Made by a program: the position numbers and the translations under genes. A stretch of DNA of 64,000 nt from Geosiphon pyriformis uo1 (taxonomy: Eukaryota > Fungi > Glomeromycota): the NCBI GenBank assembly GCA_016748015.1, contig JAAOMT010000710.1, positions 558,001-622,000 of the forward strand, written 5' to 3'. Positions 37,539 to 49,600 of the stretch are shown here, piece after piece (within the stretch, counting starts at the first letter, position 1; each line of letters opens with the position of its first letter). The notes beneath the pieces were generated by a model. The model had not been told where the DNA came from, did not search any database, and saw only the letters and a list, made by a program, of their open reading frames with translations.

Positions 37539-38397
37539 TATAGGGAAATAGTAGACCAATAAATAAATAGTATGTAGTATATAAGCATATTGCTCAGCAA
37601 TGTAGAGCAATGACAGAAATCACAGCACATTGCTCAGCAATATAGAGCAATGACAGAAAACACAGCACATTGCTTAGCAATGTAAAGTGATGTTAAAAAA
37701 TTAGGGCACATTGCTCAGCAATGAGAGCATTGCTCAAGAAATCATAGCACATTGCTTGGGAATGTGAGCAATCTTGTAGAACATCAATTATGTATATATA
37801 GCAGTAGTGTTAGAAGTAGAAAAATCAGAATCCTTCAGTTAGTAATCTTCCCTCCACAAATATTAAATAAATAAATCATTTACCATCCAAATCCACTCTC
37901 CACTATCAACACTTCATGTTGATAGTAATTGATACTTAACTATGCTGAAACAATAGCTCTTGATCATGACTATTGACGAGATACTAACTTGTGCATTGCC
38001 TTGGTTCATTTTTTTATTTTCTTTTATTTTTCTCTTTCTTTGATTTTTTATTGTTAAATACTAATAGATTAAGGATTAAAGTGCTGAATAATTGATGTCA
38101 TGGATAGCCTGGTAAAAGACCCAGAAATAAGGATAAAATTATATATATATTAATGGATAGCTTACTAGAAAGGATGACTGCCAGAATAAACCAGCCACCA
38201 AGCTGAAGACAGAAATTGGGAACACAACTCACCAACCAACTACATCATTATTGAATCTCTGTCCATTATACAAAGAACTCAACTCTAAAATCTTCAAATA
38301 CAACTAATGTACTAGTATCACTAGCATTGTCAAGATATTGAGCACCAAGTTACAGATTTGTTATTTGATTTGAGACCCCAAATAATCATCTCTAACA
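37539..38397 (+). repeat. D1 5' LTR (start approximate)
   Basis: Ends CTAACA then PBS; A-like downstream of TATA; unique CATTGCTCAGCAATG array 37586-37772. Confidence 0.85.
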
Positions 38398-41300
38398 TTT
38401 GGTGCTCCCTGTGAGGTATAATTCTACAGAAAACCAGCACCAACAACATCCACCCAAACAGTGGCAGAATCCAAAAAAACAGGAACAAACCATTTAGGAT
38501 TCACAAAATTCTTATTTCAACACTACTGTCAACATTTAGAATTAATTGACAACCACTTATCAGCAGAATCAGCTTTCAATTTCTACATCCACGAAAGAAT
38601 TTTATATTTACTAAGAGTACCAGTAAAAACTGACTCAGCCAGAGGAAACTTCTACAATGAATTAATCCAGAATACCAACCTACCAACAAATTACAACTTC
38701 ACAGCAATCCTTACTGAAATTAATAAAGAAATTGAAATTCACACTTAACAAAGATATCCAATTACCTATGCAAACAAAGGCAAAGGAAAATTACAAACAC
38801 AAACAGTAACACCTCAAAAGATACAACCACCTATTTGGAAGAAAACAAAAGTTGAATCACCAACTAATCTATCATACTACTATACACCTAGAAGTGTCAT
38901 CAATATTACATCAACAGGCGCATTCACATCAAACATAACATCAATTTTTGGATGATTTCTATTTCAGAGTAAACAAAGAAAAAAAGATCTTCTAGAACCA
39001 TACAGTGCGTATTTCAAAGAATTTAAGTCTTGATTGCTTATGCCATTAGGACTTTGATCTCTGCTATCCCAACCAGATTTCAGAACCACAAGTCTCTGAA
39101 AAGTAACGGAATCAGAAGAGGAAGAAGAAGAATCTGAAGATCAAGAATTCACTTACCAGAATCTGATCACTAAAAATTCAGAAATTGAAACCCCAAACTT
39201 TCAGACTTAGCAAAATCTAAATTTAGAAAATCCGGAAATTGAAACTCCAAATTTTCAAATGCAACACGATCAGAACAATTAAAACCCTAACATTAATAAT
39301 CAACAACACTTACCTCCAGTAATTGTAAGCAATCTACACCCAGCTCCACCAATGAACAGCAATAACAGCCACTTCAACCATCTCAACTACCATAGCAGCT
39401 GCTTCTACAGCCACAACCACAACTTCAACAACCAAACTTGGATTCAATGGCCTATGCTCCAATAGCAAAACTTGAGAAATTCACTGGCAAAGAGAACGAT
39501 ATCCAAATATGGCTTAATGATATAGAAAAAGCCATAGCAGCTAATATATGGAATGATGCCAAAGTCATGCAAGCCATCTTATATTTTCTCCAGGATACTG
39601 CCAATTCATGGTACCAAAGTCTGATCAACAAACTCCAAGATTTTAATGCATTTAAAATAGAGTTCTTAGGATACTTCAGCAACAATAACAGCATTAACAG
39701 GCTAGTAAACACCTTTACTATCATCAAACAAAGAGAAAATAAAGCAGTTACTACTTATTTAAGATGCTTCCATAAGAATCTGCACTAGATCTAAGCTATT
39801 AACACCAATTATTTCACAGTAACCCAGATCCTAAATCAGTTTATTCACGGATTATGCAGTAGCATCCTACAATGCATACATTCAATGCATCCCATCAATC
39901 TGCAAGCAGCTGTCACAAATGCCAGAAATTTTGAAGCCACTAAACTCGAAGCTAACCATGTCCAAGCTGTTAATCTAGTAATAAATGAATCATCTGAATT
40001 GGATTCCAAATTGAAACAATTTAGTGATTCCATCAATCAGAAATTAGAGAGATACTTAGCTGACAATCATGCCATTTATCAACCACCACAATGATGCAAT
40101 AATTCTGGAAACACAAATCACTTCTAGAATCAGTCACGTCTATCATCATTGACCAATCAATAGTAACAACAGAAAATGCATGTTTGCTACTATTGTGGTA
40201 AACAAGAACACTTACAAATTGATTGCCACCATTGCTTAAATAACTAACAATTGGGAAATCAATATCAAAACTCCAATCACCAGTTTCAAATTCTGAATAA
40301 CCTTCTAAACTCAGAACCATATCATCAGAATTACTTACTTATGACACAACAGCCACCTTATCAACTACCAGTATATTAAATGCCAATTTATTAACTGATA
40401 ACACTAGCAATTTATCAGCCACAGTCATAATCTATTTATTAGCTGCAGTTTCAGGTAATATATCAACCCCAACAAATACAAACACTGCCACCAAACTTAC
40501 CTCAAAATAGAACCCAAAGGCTGAGATCGACTCAACAAAGCTGGAGATTGTCAATAATAATCCACCAATTGATCTCCAGTTCTTCTACACAACCAGCAGA
40601 ATCTAGACAATGGAATTCGGGCACCGAGTATGCCCAAAACCCAAATTCCCAGAACTATTTAAGTCTACTGGCTACTCCAGAAGATGCTCAACCCAATAAC
40701 CTGGAAACCAACCAACACCCAACCCTTACCAGCAACATTCCGCCAGCTACTATTACCGAGAACAAATTATTGGATGTCATCTTCCCATTTGAACTCGAAG
40801 AACTGTCGACCATGCCATTATTTAGTGGAGCCGTTCTAGAAGAAAAACCTATTACTGTCATGTACACTGATATTAAAATTAATGGCCACTCCATCAAACT
40901 GATCTTAGACAGTGAATCAGTTGGCAGCATCATTATAAAACAACTCATAGACCAATTAGGTCGCCAAGTTGATCATGCTGCTAGCACCAGGATTATAACC
41001 ATTAATGAAGCAACCAAAACTTCTATTGGTGAGATTGATGACTTCTCTTTTGAAGTCAATGGCATTATCATTCTCATTAAAGTCCTAGTGATAGAAGCAA
41101 CCCAATATCAGACATTAGTAAGAAATGACTGGTTATCTAAAACCAACGTCATACTGGACTGGACAATGCAGAAGCTCCAACTGAGCCAAAATGGTCAACA
41201 CACATGTGTACCAGCCACATATGGCCATTTCAAGACCACTAACTCAACAACACCACTAATCGAATTCAAAGAAAAAGAAAAAAAATTTATCTGGGAAGCC

Positions 41301-43782
41301 TATCAAGTTTCCTGAGCTGACATAGAACACAACAAGCTGCTGTCAGTACCTTTGTGGAATGACAATAGCAAAGGAAAGCAAAGAGAAAAACTTACCTGAA
41401 ATGCTGACTAAAACTGGGAAACCAACCACAATTCAGAAGAGCCAGCTTGGAAATAAGAATAAAAGACAAAAGAAAAAAGAAAGAGAAAGAAAGAAGAATC
41501 AATATCCACCAGCACCACTACATATAATTCCTACACTATACTACAACAATCTGCTTATCATCACCCAAAACTGGTGTGTGTTGATTAAGACAAAAAATTG
41601 TCATCAATGGGCACTTGCTATGATGACGATAAGAAGTATACTTCAACAACCAAATTCTATTGTCACTCATACATTCTTGAACGTTTTGGAAGACCAAAAT
41701 GAGTAGGAAAATAGGATAACAAACCCTGGAGAAACTCTTCTGGATGAAGGAATGTGGAATAACATTTCTGGATAAGGAGGAATGTGTGACAAATTATGTT
41801 AATACACAATTCTTATAAGCAACTGGATAAGAAAAGAAATGCCCATAAACACTGTCTGGAGATAAGCCATCAAACGTCTGGACAGGTGTCCACATAACAA
41901 TAACAAAATCTGGCAAATGACACTCGCCAAAATCAAAAAAGTGACCCCAGAAGAAATAAAAACAATTAAAAATAATCCACCTGAATCTATAGAACTTGAC
42001 TGGGACCCAGAACCAGTCATAAATCTCCTAGATCCAGAACAATTCCATGAATATTATCAAGAGCTAGCACCTACCAGAAAAGAACAAGAGCAGCATTTGG
42101 AGTAGTTGAATACTTAATTATGTCAACATTGCTTAATTCTCTGTGACTTTTAATATTGTAATGAGTGTGACCTCATTTACAATCCATCATCATGCATGAT
42201 CTACATGATCCCAGAAGAAGAACCAATCAGCAGTTGTACATCAGAACAAAATTGGTTTTCAATCCCAATTCAAACTCTAACAATAATAATGATGAAAACA
42301 CCAGTTCCAGCTCTGCACAATATAGCAACAAGGATATCAATGATTCAGACTCTAATTTAAACTCCAAAATATACATTGTGCTTTCTGATCTCTTTAAGGA
42401 GCAAGAACTCAAATGATATAATGATAATAATGAAGGTATTATGCTAGAATGCGTACATGATACTAACACAAGGTTTGATCTGAGATATCCAGGAAAAGAA
42501 ACCATCAAATTGGAACCAAATTCATGCACATATATTGATTTCAAAATAGCTCTGAAAATTCCAACAACAATTATGGTTCAACTAGCATTTAGGAGTAGTT
42601 TAGTAAAAAAAGGAATCAACATCAGAGGAAGGATAATTGATGCAGGATACTTAAGAAATATCATTGCCATGTTACAAAATGATTCAGAAAAAGCCTATAT
42701 TATAGAACCAAATGAAAAAATAGCACAGGCAATATTTTTACCTCTGGTGAAAATAGCTCAGTTAGTTTCAGTGAGAAAGAGGGAAGAACTAGGTATAATA
42801 GCAAGAGAGATACAGGGATTTGGATTAATGAGTAGAATAGACATACCAGTCAATATGGCAAAAGAAGAAATCATTGACAAAGAAAAAATTATCTCAACTC
42901 GTCAATCAATTTCCATTCCACCATATGACCAGTATATATTAGCCATAAAAAGAGAAGTAAAGAATCAAACTCAGTTGTTTGAAGTAAAGACCACTATTTG
43001 CAAATCAAGAGAGATTGAACTCACTAATCTCTATATATTAGCCAAAAATATCAAAATTCCCATCTACAACACAATAAGAAGTGTTATTAAAATACCAAAA
43101 GGAATCATCATTGGATATTTAACCACCAAAGTTGAGAATCAATCACCAAATCACATTCCAGATTTTCCACAGCTTTGTGGATATGTGGACATTACATCAC
43201 AAACCATTTATGGATGAAGCAAATATTATCTGCTCCAACTGGAACAATTGGAACAGATAAACATGGGGAATTTAGACTCACTCCAACAGATGCAACTAAA
43301 GATGTTACTCAATAAATTCAATGACATCTTTGCCAGTAAAAATAAATTTGGCAGAACCAACATAATCTAGCATTAGATTAAAACTGAAGATACAATGCCA
43401 ATTAAACAAAAAACATACAGAGTACCATCAGCTAGTCATGAGATTATTCATCAAGAAATCAACTGGATGCTTAACAATAGGCTAATTCAGCCATCAATGA
43501 ATCCATGGTCGTTACCAGTAGTACTAGTCCATAAGAAGAATGGAAAAATCCGTTTTTGTGTAGATTACTAGAAACTGAATAGAGTAACTAAAGATAATAA
43601 TTATCCAACTCCAAAGATCCAAGAACTATTCAATGCTTTTGGAGGAAATAAATAGTTCTCAACACTAGATTTAGATAGTGGTTACTAGCAAGTAGCCATA
43701 AACCCAGCTGACAAAAAGAAAACAGCATTTATCACAAAAGAGGGAAATTTTAAGTTTGAAGTCATGCCATTTGGTTTGATGA

Positions 43783-44410
43783 TATTACAGGTAAACTTGA
43801 TAGGTATGGGAAATAGTAACGTTTGGTGCTCTCAATTATTAACAATGCATCTTCCACGTAATTTTGTTGGCTTAGTCTTGATTATCAGTCTTTAAAGATC
43901 TATTTCTGGATGTGAATTTACTTGTTGAGTTTTTTTGTTATAAGGCACAGAGTTTGTCTTTTGTCAATTGCAATGTTTTTTATAGATGAAATAAGGAGGA
44001 TAATAAATAATAAAGGGTTATAGATATTTGATTCTTGTCTAAAAGTTCGTATCTATCTGTCTGTCTGTCTTTTCTAACTTCTACAACTACTTGCTTTTAT
44101 ACATTTTTTTGGTTTTACAGGATTGCTTTCAATTGTCTCACTATTGCTAGCTATTGCTTTGTTATTTCTGTTATTGCTTTGTTTTTCTATATTATCACTA
44201 GTTATTCTATGTTATAACATATTATCTGACATTATTATATGTTATTCTGTGTTATCCTGCATTATAACACATTATCCTACATTATTACATGCTATTCTGT
44301 GTTATAACATGTTATCCTACATTATAACGCATTATCCAATATTATTGTACTATTCTGTATTATGTCATATTTTTTCATAACTTTGGATTGGTTTTTCTAT
44401 TCAGGTAACA
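43783..44410 (-). repeat. E1 3' LTR with ~430-bp internal deletion
   Basis: Matches 53483-~53688 joined to ~54113-54546. Confidence 0.9.
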
Positions 44411-44424
44411 TTATTCCTCTCTTT

Positions 44425-45159
44425 TTAAAATTGAGCTCCTGTGAAACCATATGTATCTGTTATTGTGGCTTTATTCGTGTAATGTTTGATTGTTGTCTTG
44501 AGTATTGTTTTTTGTAGGTCTTTGAACTATTGATTGGTTATTCATCCTATGTTGTTAACTGTTATGGTTTTCATAGATCCATTTAGTAGTATGTTTGGGC
44601 AATGTTGGAAGGTAGTGTAAAATCGGTATGCTGCTTTGTAATATAGGATTAGGTTGTTTTTCTCTATGAATTTTTCTACTTGTTGTATTGCTTCTTTGTT
44701 AAACGTTTTCTGGCTGAGATCTTTGTATGGTGTTTTCAAGTCAAGCTGTTCTCCAAATTTGTAAAATCAATAAGCTGGAGGAAGTCTTTCTTTCCATTTC
44801 TGGGCATTGTTAGGTGTCCACTTCCCTGTTTCAGGGAGTTCAGTTCCATGAGCTAAAGCTTCTTTTATTTTTTTGAGCTTGGAGACCAAGTATCTTCTTT
44901 TGTAACCTTTTTCTTGTTCTTTGCCTCTTTCTTCTTCACCTTCTACTCAAAGGCAATTTTTCTTCCAACATTGCATTTCAGGTGGTGGGTAGGGAAGGGA
45001 ACATTTAGTTCTAATTAAACTCTTGTCCTCTTCTCTTTTGCTCTTATCTTTGTACTGTATCTCTTTTTTATCAATTGTTATTTCTATTTGAGATGTCAAT
45101 ATTTGAATTGTTTCAAATAATTGTTTAGATAATTTTAAAATTTGATCTGAAAGGTCCAT
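44425..45159 (-). pseudogene. E1 ORF3
   Basis: One frame: IEITIDKKEIQY...FYKFGEQL...KAAYRFYTTF...GAQF*; ends at the PPT like A ORF3 (GAQY*). Confidence 0.78.
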
Positions 45160-45239
45160 GTTGAAATTTCTATCATTTTTTGCTGCTTTTCAGATGTTAT
45201 ATATATTTGAATTCCCCAATTTAATTTGCTGCATATTGT

Positions 45240-46607
45240 CTACATTTCGATAATGATAATTGGTTCCAGATCTTGTGGTATATCTTCTGGTCTGATTAAT
45301 GAAATTTGTGTTTCTAGTTGAAGTACTAATGATGATAATTCCTGTTTTGCATGATAAATTTTTAACCAATTTCCATGCACTACTTTTTTTAAAATCCTGT
45401 CTTCTAATTATAGTTTGTAAGCTCCATTTTCTAAAGCTTCGTGTATGTAAAATAGACTGTCCCACTTTGGGTCAAACTTTCCATTCCACTGTTTCTCAGC
45501 TTTTGTATGGTGTAACAGTACCTGGTCTTCAATCTTGAATTTCATTGGTTGTTCAAATAGGCAATTGTCATGTCTTTTCTTTTATCATTTTTGAGCATTA
45601 CTAATGTTATCAGCTGCTGTTCTTCAATTGTTTTCTAACATTTCCATTAGCTAGTATGTTCTGTGGTACAAGGTAGCTTTAAAATTCTCTTTGGTGATTG
45701 TTTCTGTTTGATAGGACAATATTTTTCATTCAATAGGTAACATAGCTTTCTTTTCATAGACTAGTTTGAATGGTGTAAAGTGTGTCGTATTTTGCTTTAG
45801 TGTTCAGTATGCAAAGAGTACTGAAGATATGAATAGGTCCCATTCTTGTTCGTTTTCTTGACTTATTTTTGCTAATGCTTCACACAGTGTTCGGTTAAAC
45901 TGTTCTACCAGTCTGTTAATTTGTGGGTGGTATGGTGATGATAAAGGACATTTTATATCAAACCATTGGCTTAATTCTGTTAATGTATTATTGACAAAAT
46001 ACATTCCTTGATTGGATAACAATTCTTTCGGACATCTATGTCGGCAAATTAGGTCTTGATATACAAACTCGGCTACTGTTTTGGCATTGGCCACTTGAAT
46101 TGCTCTGGCTTCTGGCCATTTTGTAAGATAATCAATGGCTACAGTGATATACTGATTTTCTTTGGATGTAATTGAGAGAGGACCAACCAAATTGATCCTA
46201 ATTCTATTAAATAGATTTCCAACTGGAATGGGTCGAAGTGGTTCTGTTAATCTTGCTCCTCCTCTTTGCTGATATGTGTTATAATTGAGCACATATTCGA
46301 AAATGTCTTTGTACATCATTGGCCAATAGTATAAATTTAGTGTTCTTTTGAGGGTAGCATTTTTGTTAAAGTGTCCTGATGTCAAATCTGAGTGCATGCT
46401 ATATAGTATAGTTTCTCTTTTACTGTCCTTGATTAGTCATTGTAGAGTGGGGTGGTTTCGGCGTTCTCGTCAATATAGTTGGTTGTCTTGAATAAAATAA
46501 TTTCAGGCTTGTTTTCTTATGGTACTTTGTTTCTGTTGAGATAATATCTCCTTGAAACGTAGTGTCAATAGGTACTGATGTAGTTGTTGATAAGTGAGTG
46601 TGTTTAT
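45240..46607 (-). pseudogene. E1 integrase ORF
   Basis: MHSDLTSGH, DYLTKWPEA, SPYHPQ; begins 10 nt after RNase H TAA (46618-46620) in another frame. Confidence 0.85.
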
Positions 46608-46617
46608 GAGTCTGGGA

Positions 46618-49600
46618 TTAGGTTTGTGACATTCTGGACAAACTGTTGGCATTGGTGTTCTTGGATTCTTCTTTGTAATAGACTTTGAGTGAGAATTGTT
46701 GTAGATAAGTACTCCATCTCGCATATTTTCCTTCTAATTGTGGATTATTGAGTAACCAAATAAGTCTTTTGTGATTGGTATATAGATCAAATAATTGACT
46801 AAAGTAATGTTTCCAAGTTTGTATGGCCCAATAAATGGTAAGACATTCCAGATCTGTTGTGCTGTAATTTTTTTCTGCTGGGTTTATGCTGTAACTGGTG
46901 TAGGCAACTGGATGTTCTTTATTGTCTGGTCCTATTTGGAATAATACTGCTCCTAGAGCATTTTTTGAAGCATCCGTAGTGACAATGAACTATTTAGTAA
47001 AATTTGGGTAGATCAGAATTGGGGATGTGATCAATCGCTGCTTGAGATAGTCAAATGCTTTTTGTTGATCTTCCTTTTACAAGTACAGTATGTATTTGGA
47101 CAACAATTGATGAAGTGGTTTTGTGATGTTTAAGAAATCTTTAACAAATTAACAATAATATCCTGCCAATCCTAGAAATCCTCATAATTCTTTGAAGTTG
47201 ATTGGAGCTGGAAAATCTTTGACTTTTTGTACTTTATCTGGATTGGGTTTAACTCCATTCTTGCTGATTACATGTTCTAGGAACTTTAACTTGGTTTTTC
47301 CAAAGAAGCACTTCTCAGGATTGAGTTTCAATCTGGCACTATGAAGGCATTTGAAGACTTGTTGCAGGTGGAGCAAATAGTCATCAAATGTTTTGGAGAA
47401 CATGTTTGTGTCATCTAAGTAGACTACTATTGATTTCCAAAGGATTCCTTTGTATACTACATCCATCAGGCGTTGAAACATGGCAGAAGTATTACAAAAT
47501 CCAAAAGACATTATGTTAAACTCGAAGTTTCCATCTCGAGTGATAAACACTGTTTTTCTTTTGTCTTTGGAGTCTATTTTAACTTGCCAATAACCACTTG
47601 CTAGATCTAATGATGAGAACCATTTTTTTTTTAGATTGTCCAAAATTTCTTGGATAAGGGGAGTGGGATAACTATTTCCTTGTGTGATACTATTTAATTT
47701 TCAGTAATCTATGCAGAATCGTATCTTTCCATTTTTTTTGGTGACCAGGACTACTGGAAAGAACCAAGGACTTAACAATTCTTTAATTAGGCCGTTATCA
47801 AGCATCTGTTGTACTTCTTGCTTAATTAGATTATTGCCAAATGGGAGTATGCAGTAAACTCATTGCTTAATCATTCAAGTGTTTCCTGTATCAATCTGAT
47901 GCTTTACGATGTCAGTATGTCTGAACTCATTTTTGTTGGCAAAGACATTAACATGCTGATTCAGAAAGACTTTGAGTTGCATTTGTTGCAGGGTACTTAA
48001 GTTTCCTAAATTCAATTTATTGATCTTTTCTAGTGTAAACAAGTAACTTTCTTTTGGCAAATTCCATACTTGTGAGGTAATATTGCAGAATAAGAATAAT
48101 TGTGCGAAGTCTAGAATGGATTGGAGTTTTTCAGAATTCTGAATATTTGTGGATATGGAACCTACAAGGGTCCCTTTGGAGATTTCAATGACATCTTCTG
48201 TCAGGTTGTGAATGGGAATTTTGAAGTGTTTATGGGCTTTGGCTAATAGGTATAAATTAGCAATATTAGCTAGAGAACAGATTTTGGGACTGGCTTCGAA
48301 TAACAGGGCTTGATTTTGGATCTTTCAATTCACCTTGAGGATGTATTGTCAGTATGGGGGAATAGAGATGATGGTGTCGGTGTAGATAAATTCTACCTGG
48401 TTACTGTCTTCTTTCATGAAATTAACTGGTACGTTTCCTCTTCTACTTGATCCAAACCCATTGATTCCTCGAACAGTGAGGCCTAATTCTTCTCAAGTTG
48501 TTACCAGGGTCAATTGGGGTATTTTGACTAGAGGTAGAAAGATAGCTTGGACAATCTTTTCTTGTGATTCTATTTTGTAGGGTCTGTCCAAATTGTTTTG
48601 TAGCATCATGATGATGTTCTCCATGTAACCGGCATTGATGATTCCTTTTTTTATGTCGATTTCTTTCTTGGCTAGACTAGATTAAAAGGCAACTTGTACC
48701 ATTGTACTAACAGGAATTTCTAACACTATCTTAAGATCTATTTTTACAAGGAAATGTGGGACTATAATGATGAGTGATTGTCTGAGGTATTATAGGTCAA
48801 ACCTGGCATTGGTATTATGTGCTCTTTTAGGGCAGATTTTTTTCTCATTGTCACTGTATCATTTTAGCTTTAGTTCTTTGGATAGGTCGGAATATGCAAG
48901 ATACTGTTCTGTTTCAGTATCCTCAGTTGAATCTTAAAACGACATGTCCTTGGTGATCAATACCTCTTTTTCTTCAGACTCAGGTAGTTCAGGAATTGGA
49001 AACAGTATTTTTGGAGACAGATTGAACATGAGATCACATTTATTGCAGTACTGGAAGTAACAGGGAATCAAACAGTGATCGCACAGTTTGGTATTTAAAT
49101 CGGCTAACCTTTGCTTTTGTTCTTCTCAAGTTGGGGCCAATTCCTAATATCAGTTCTGAAATACATCTGGGTCATCTGTGAAGAAATTGTTCGTGGGGTA
49201 GTTAGATCTATTATATTCGGGCATCCAGAAGTTATCCTTAATTTCTCATATCTCTTCAGGCATGGTGTCTTTGGCTTTGGTGCTTGCCATTTTCCAGATT
49301 TTGTGGTCATTGTGTAGATAACTGTCCAACCTGTTGAGTGCTCATTTCCAAGCATCTTCGATGGGGGTTTTCTTTTATATCTAATTGTTGATTAATATGG
49401 TGTATTTACAAGTCTTATCACATGTTCCTCCTCTACCAGGCATATTATTCCAAAGTCTTTCATTGGGCAGGATCTTGCCATATGCGAGGCACGATGTGTT
49501 GTCTCACTTGCCTTGTTATTTTGGTCATCTAAATTTTTCCAATAAACAAAATCTGCAGTAGTATTTGGTGACAGTGGGCCATTTTTTGTTGTCTCCAATA

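Noticed and set aside
37586-37772. Palindromic repeat arrays as CRISPR
   Set aside because: No unique spacers and no cas genes; arrays lie inside LTR U3 regions
44123-44380. Hydrophobic signal-peptide-like ORF (also 54249-54443)
   Set aside because: Antisense reading of T-rich E LTR repeats; occurs twice only because LTRs are duplicated
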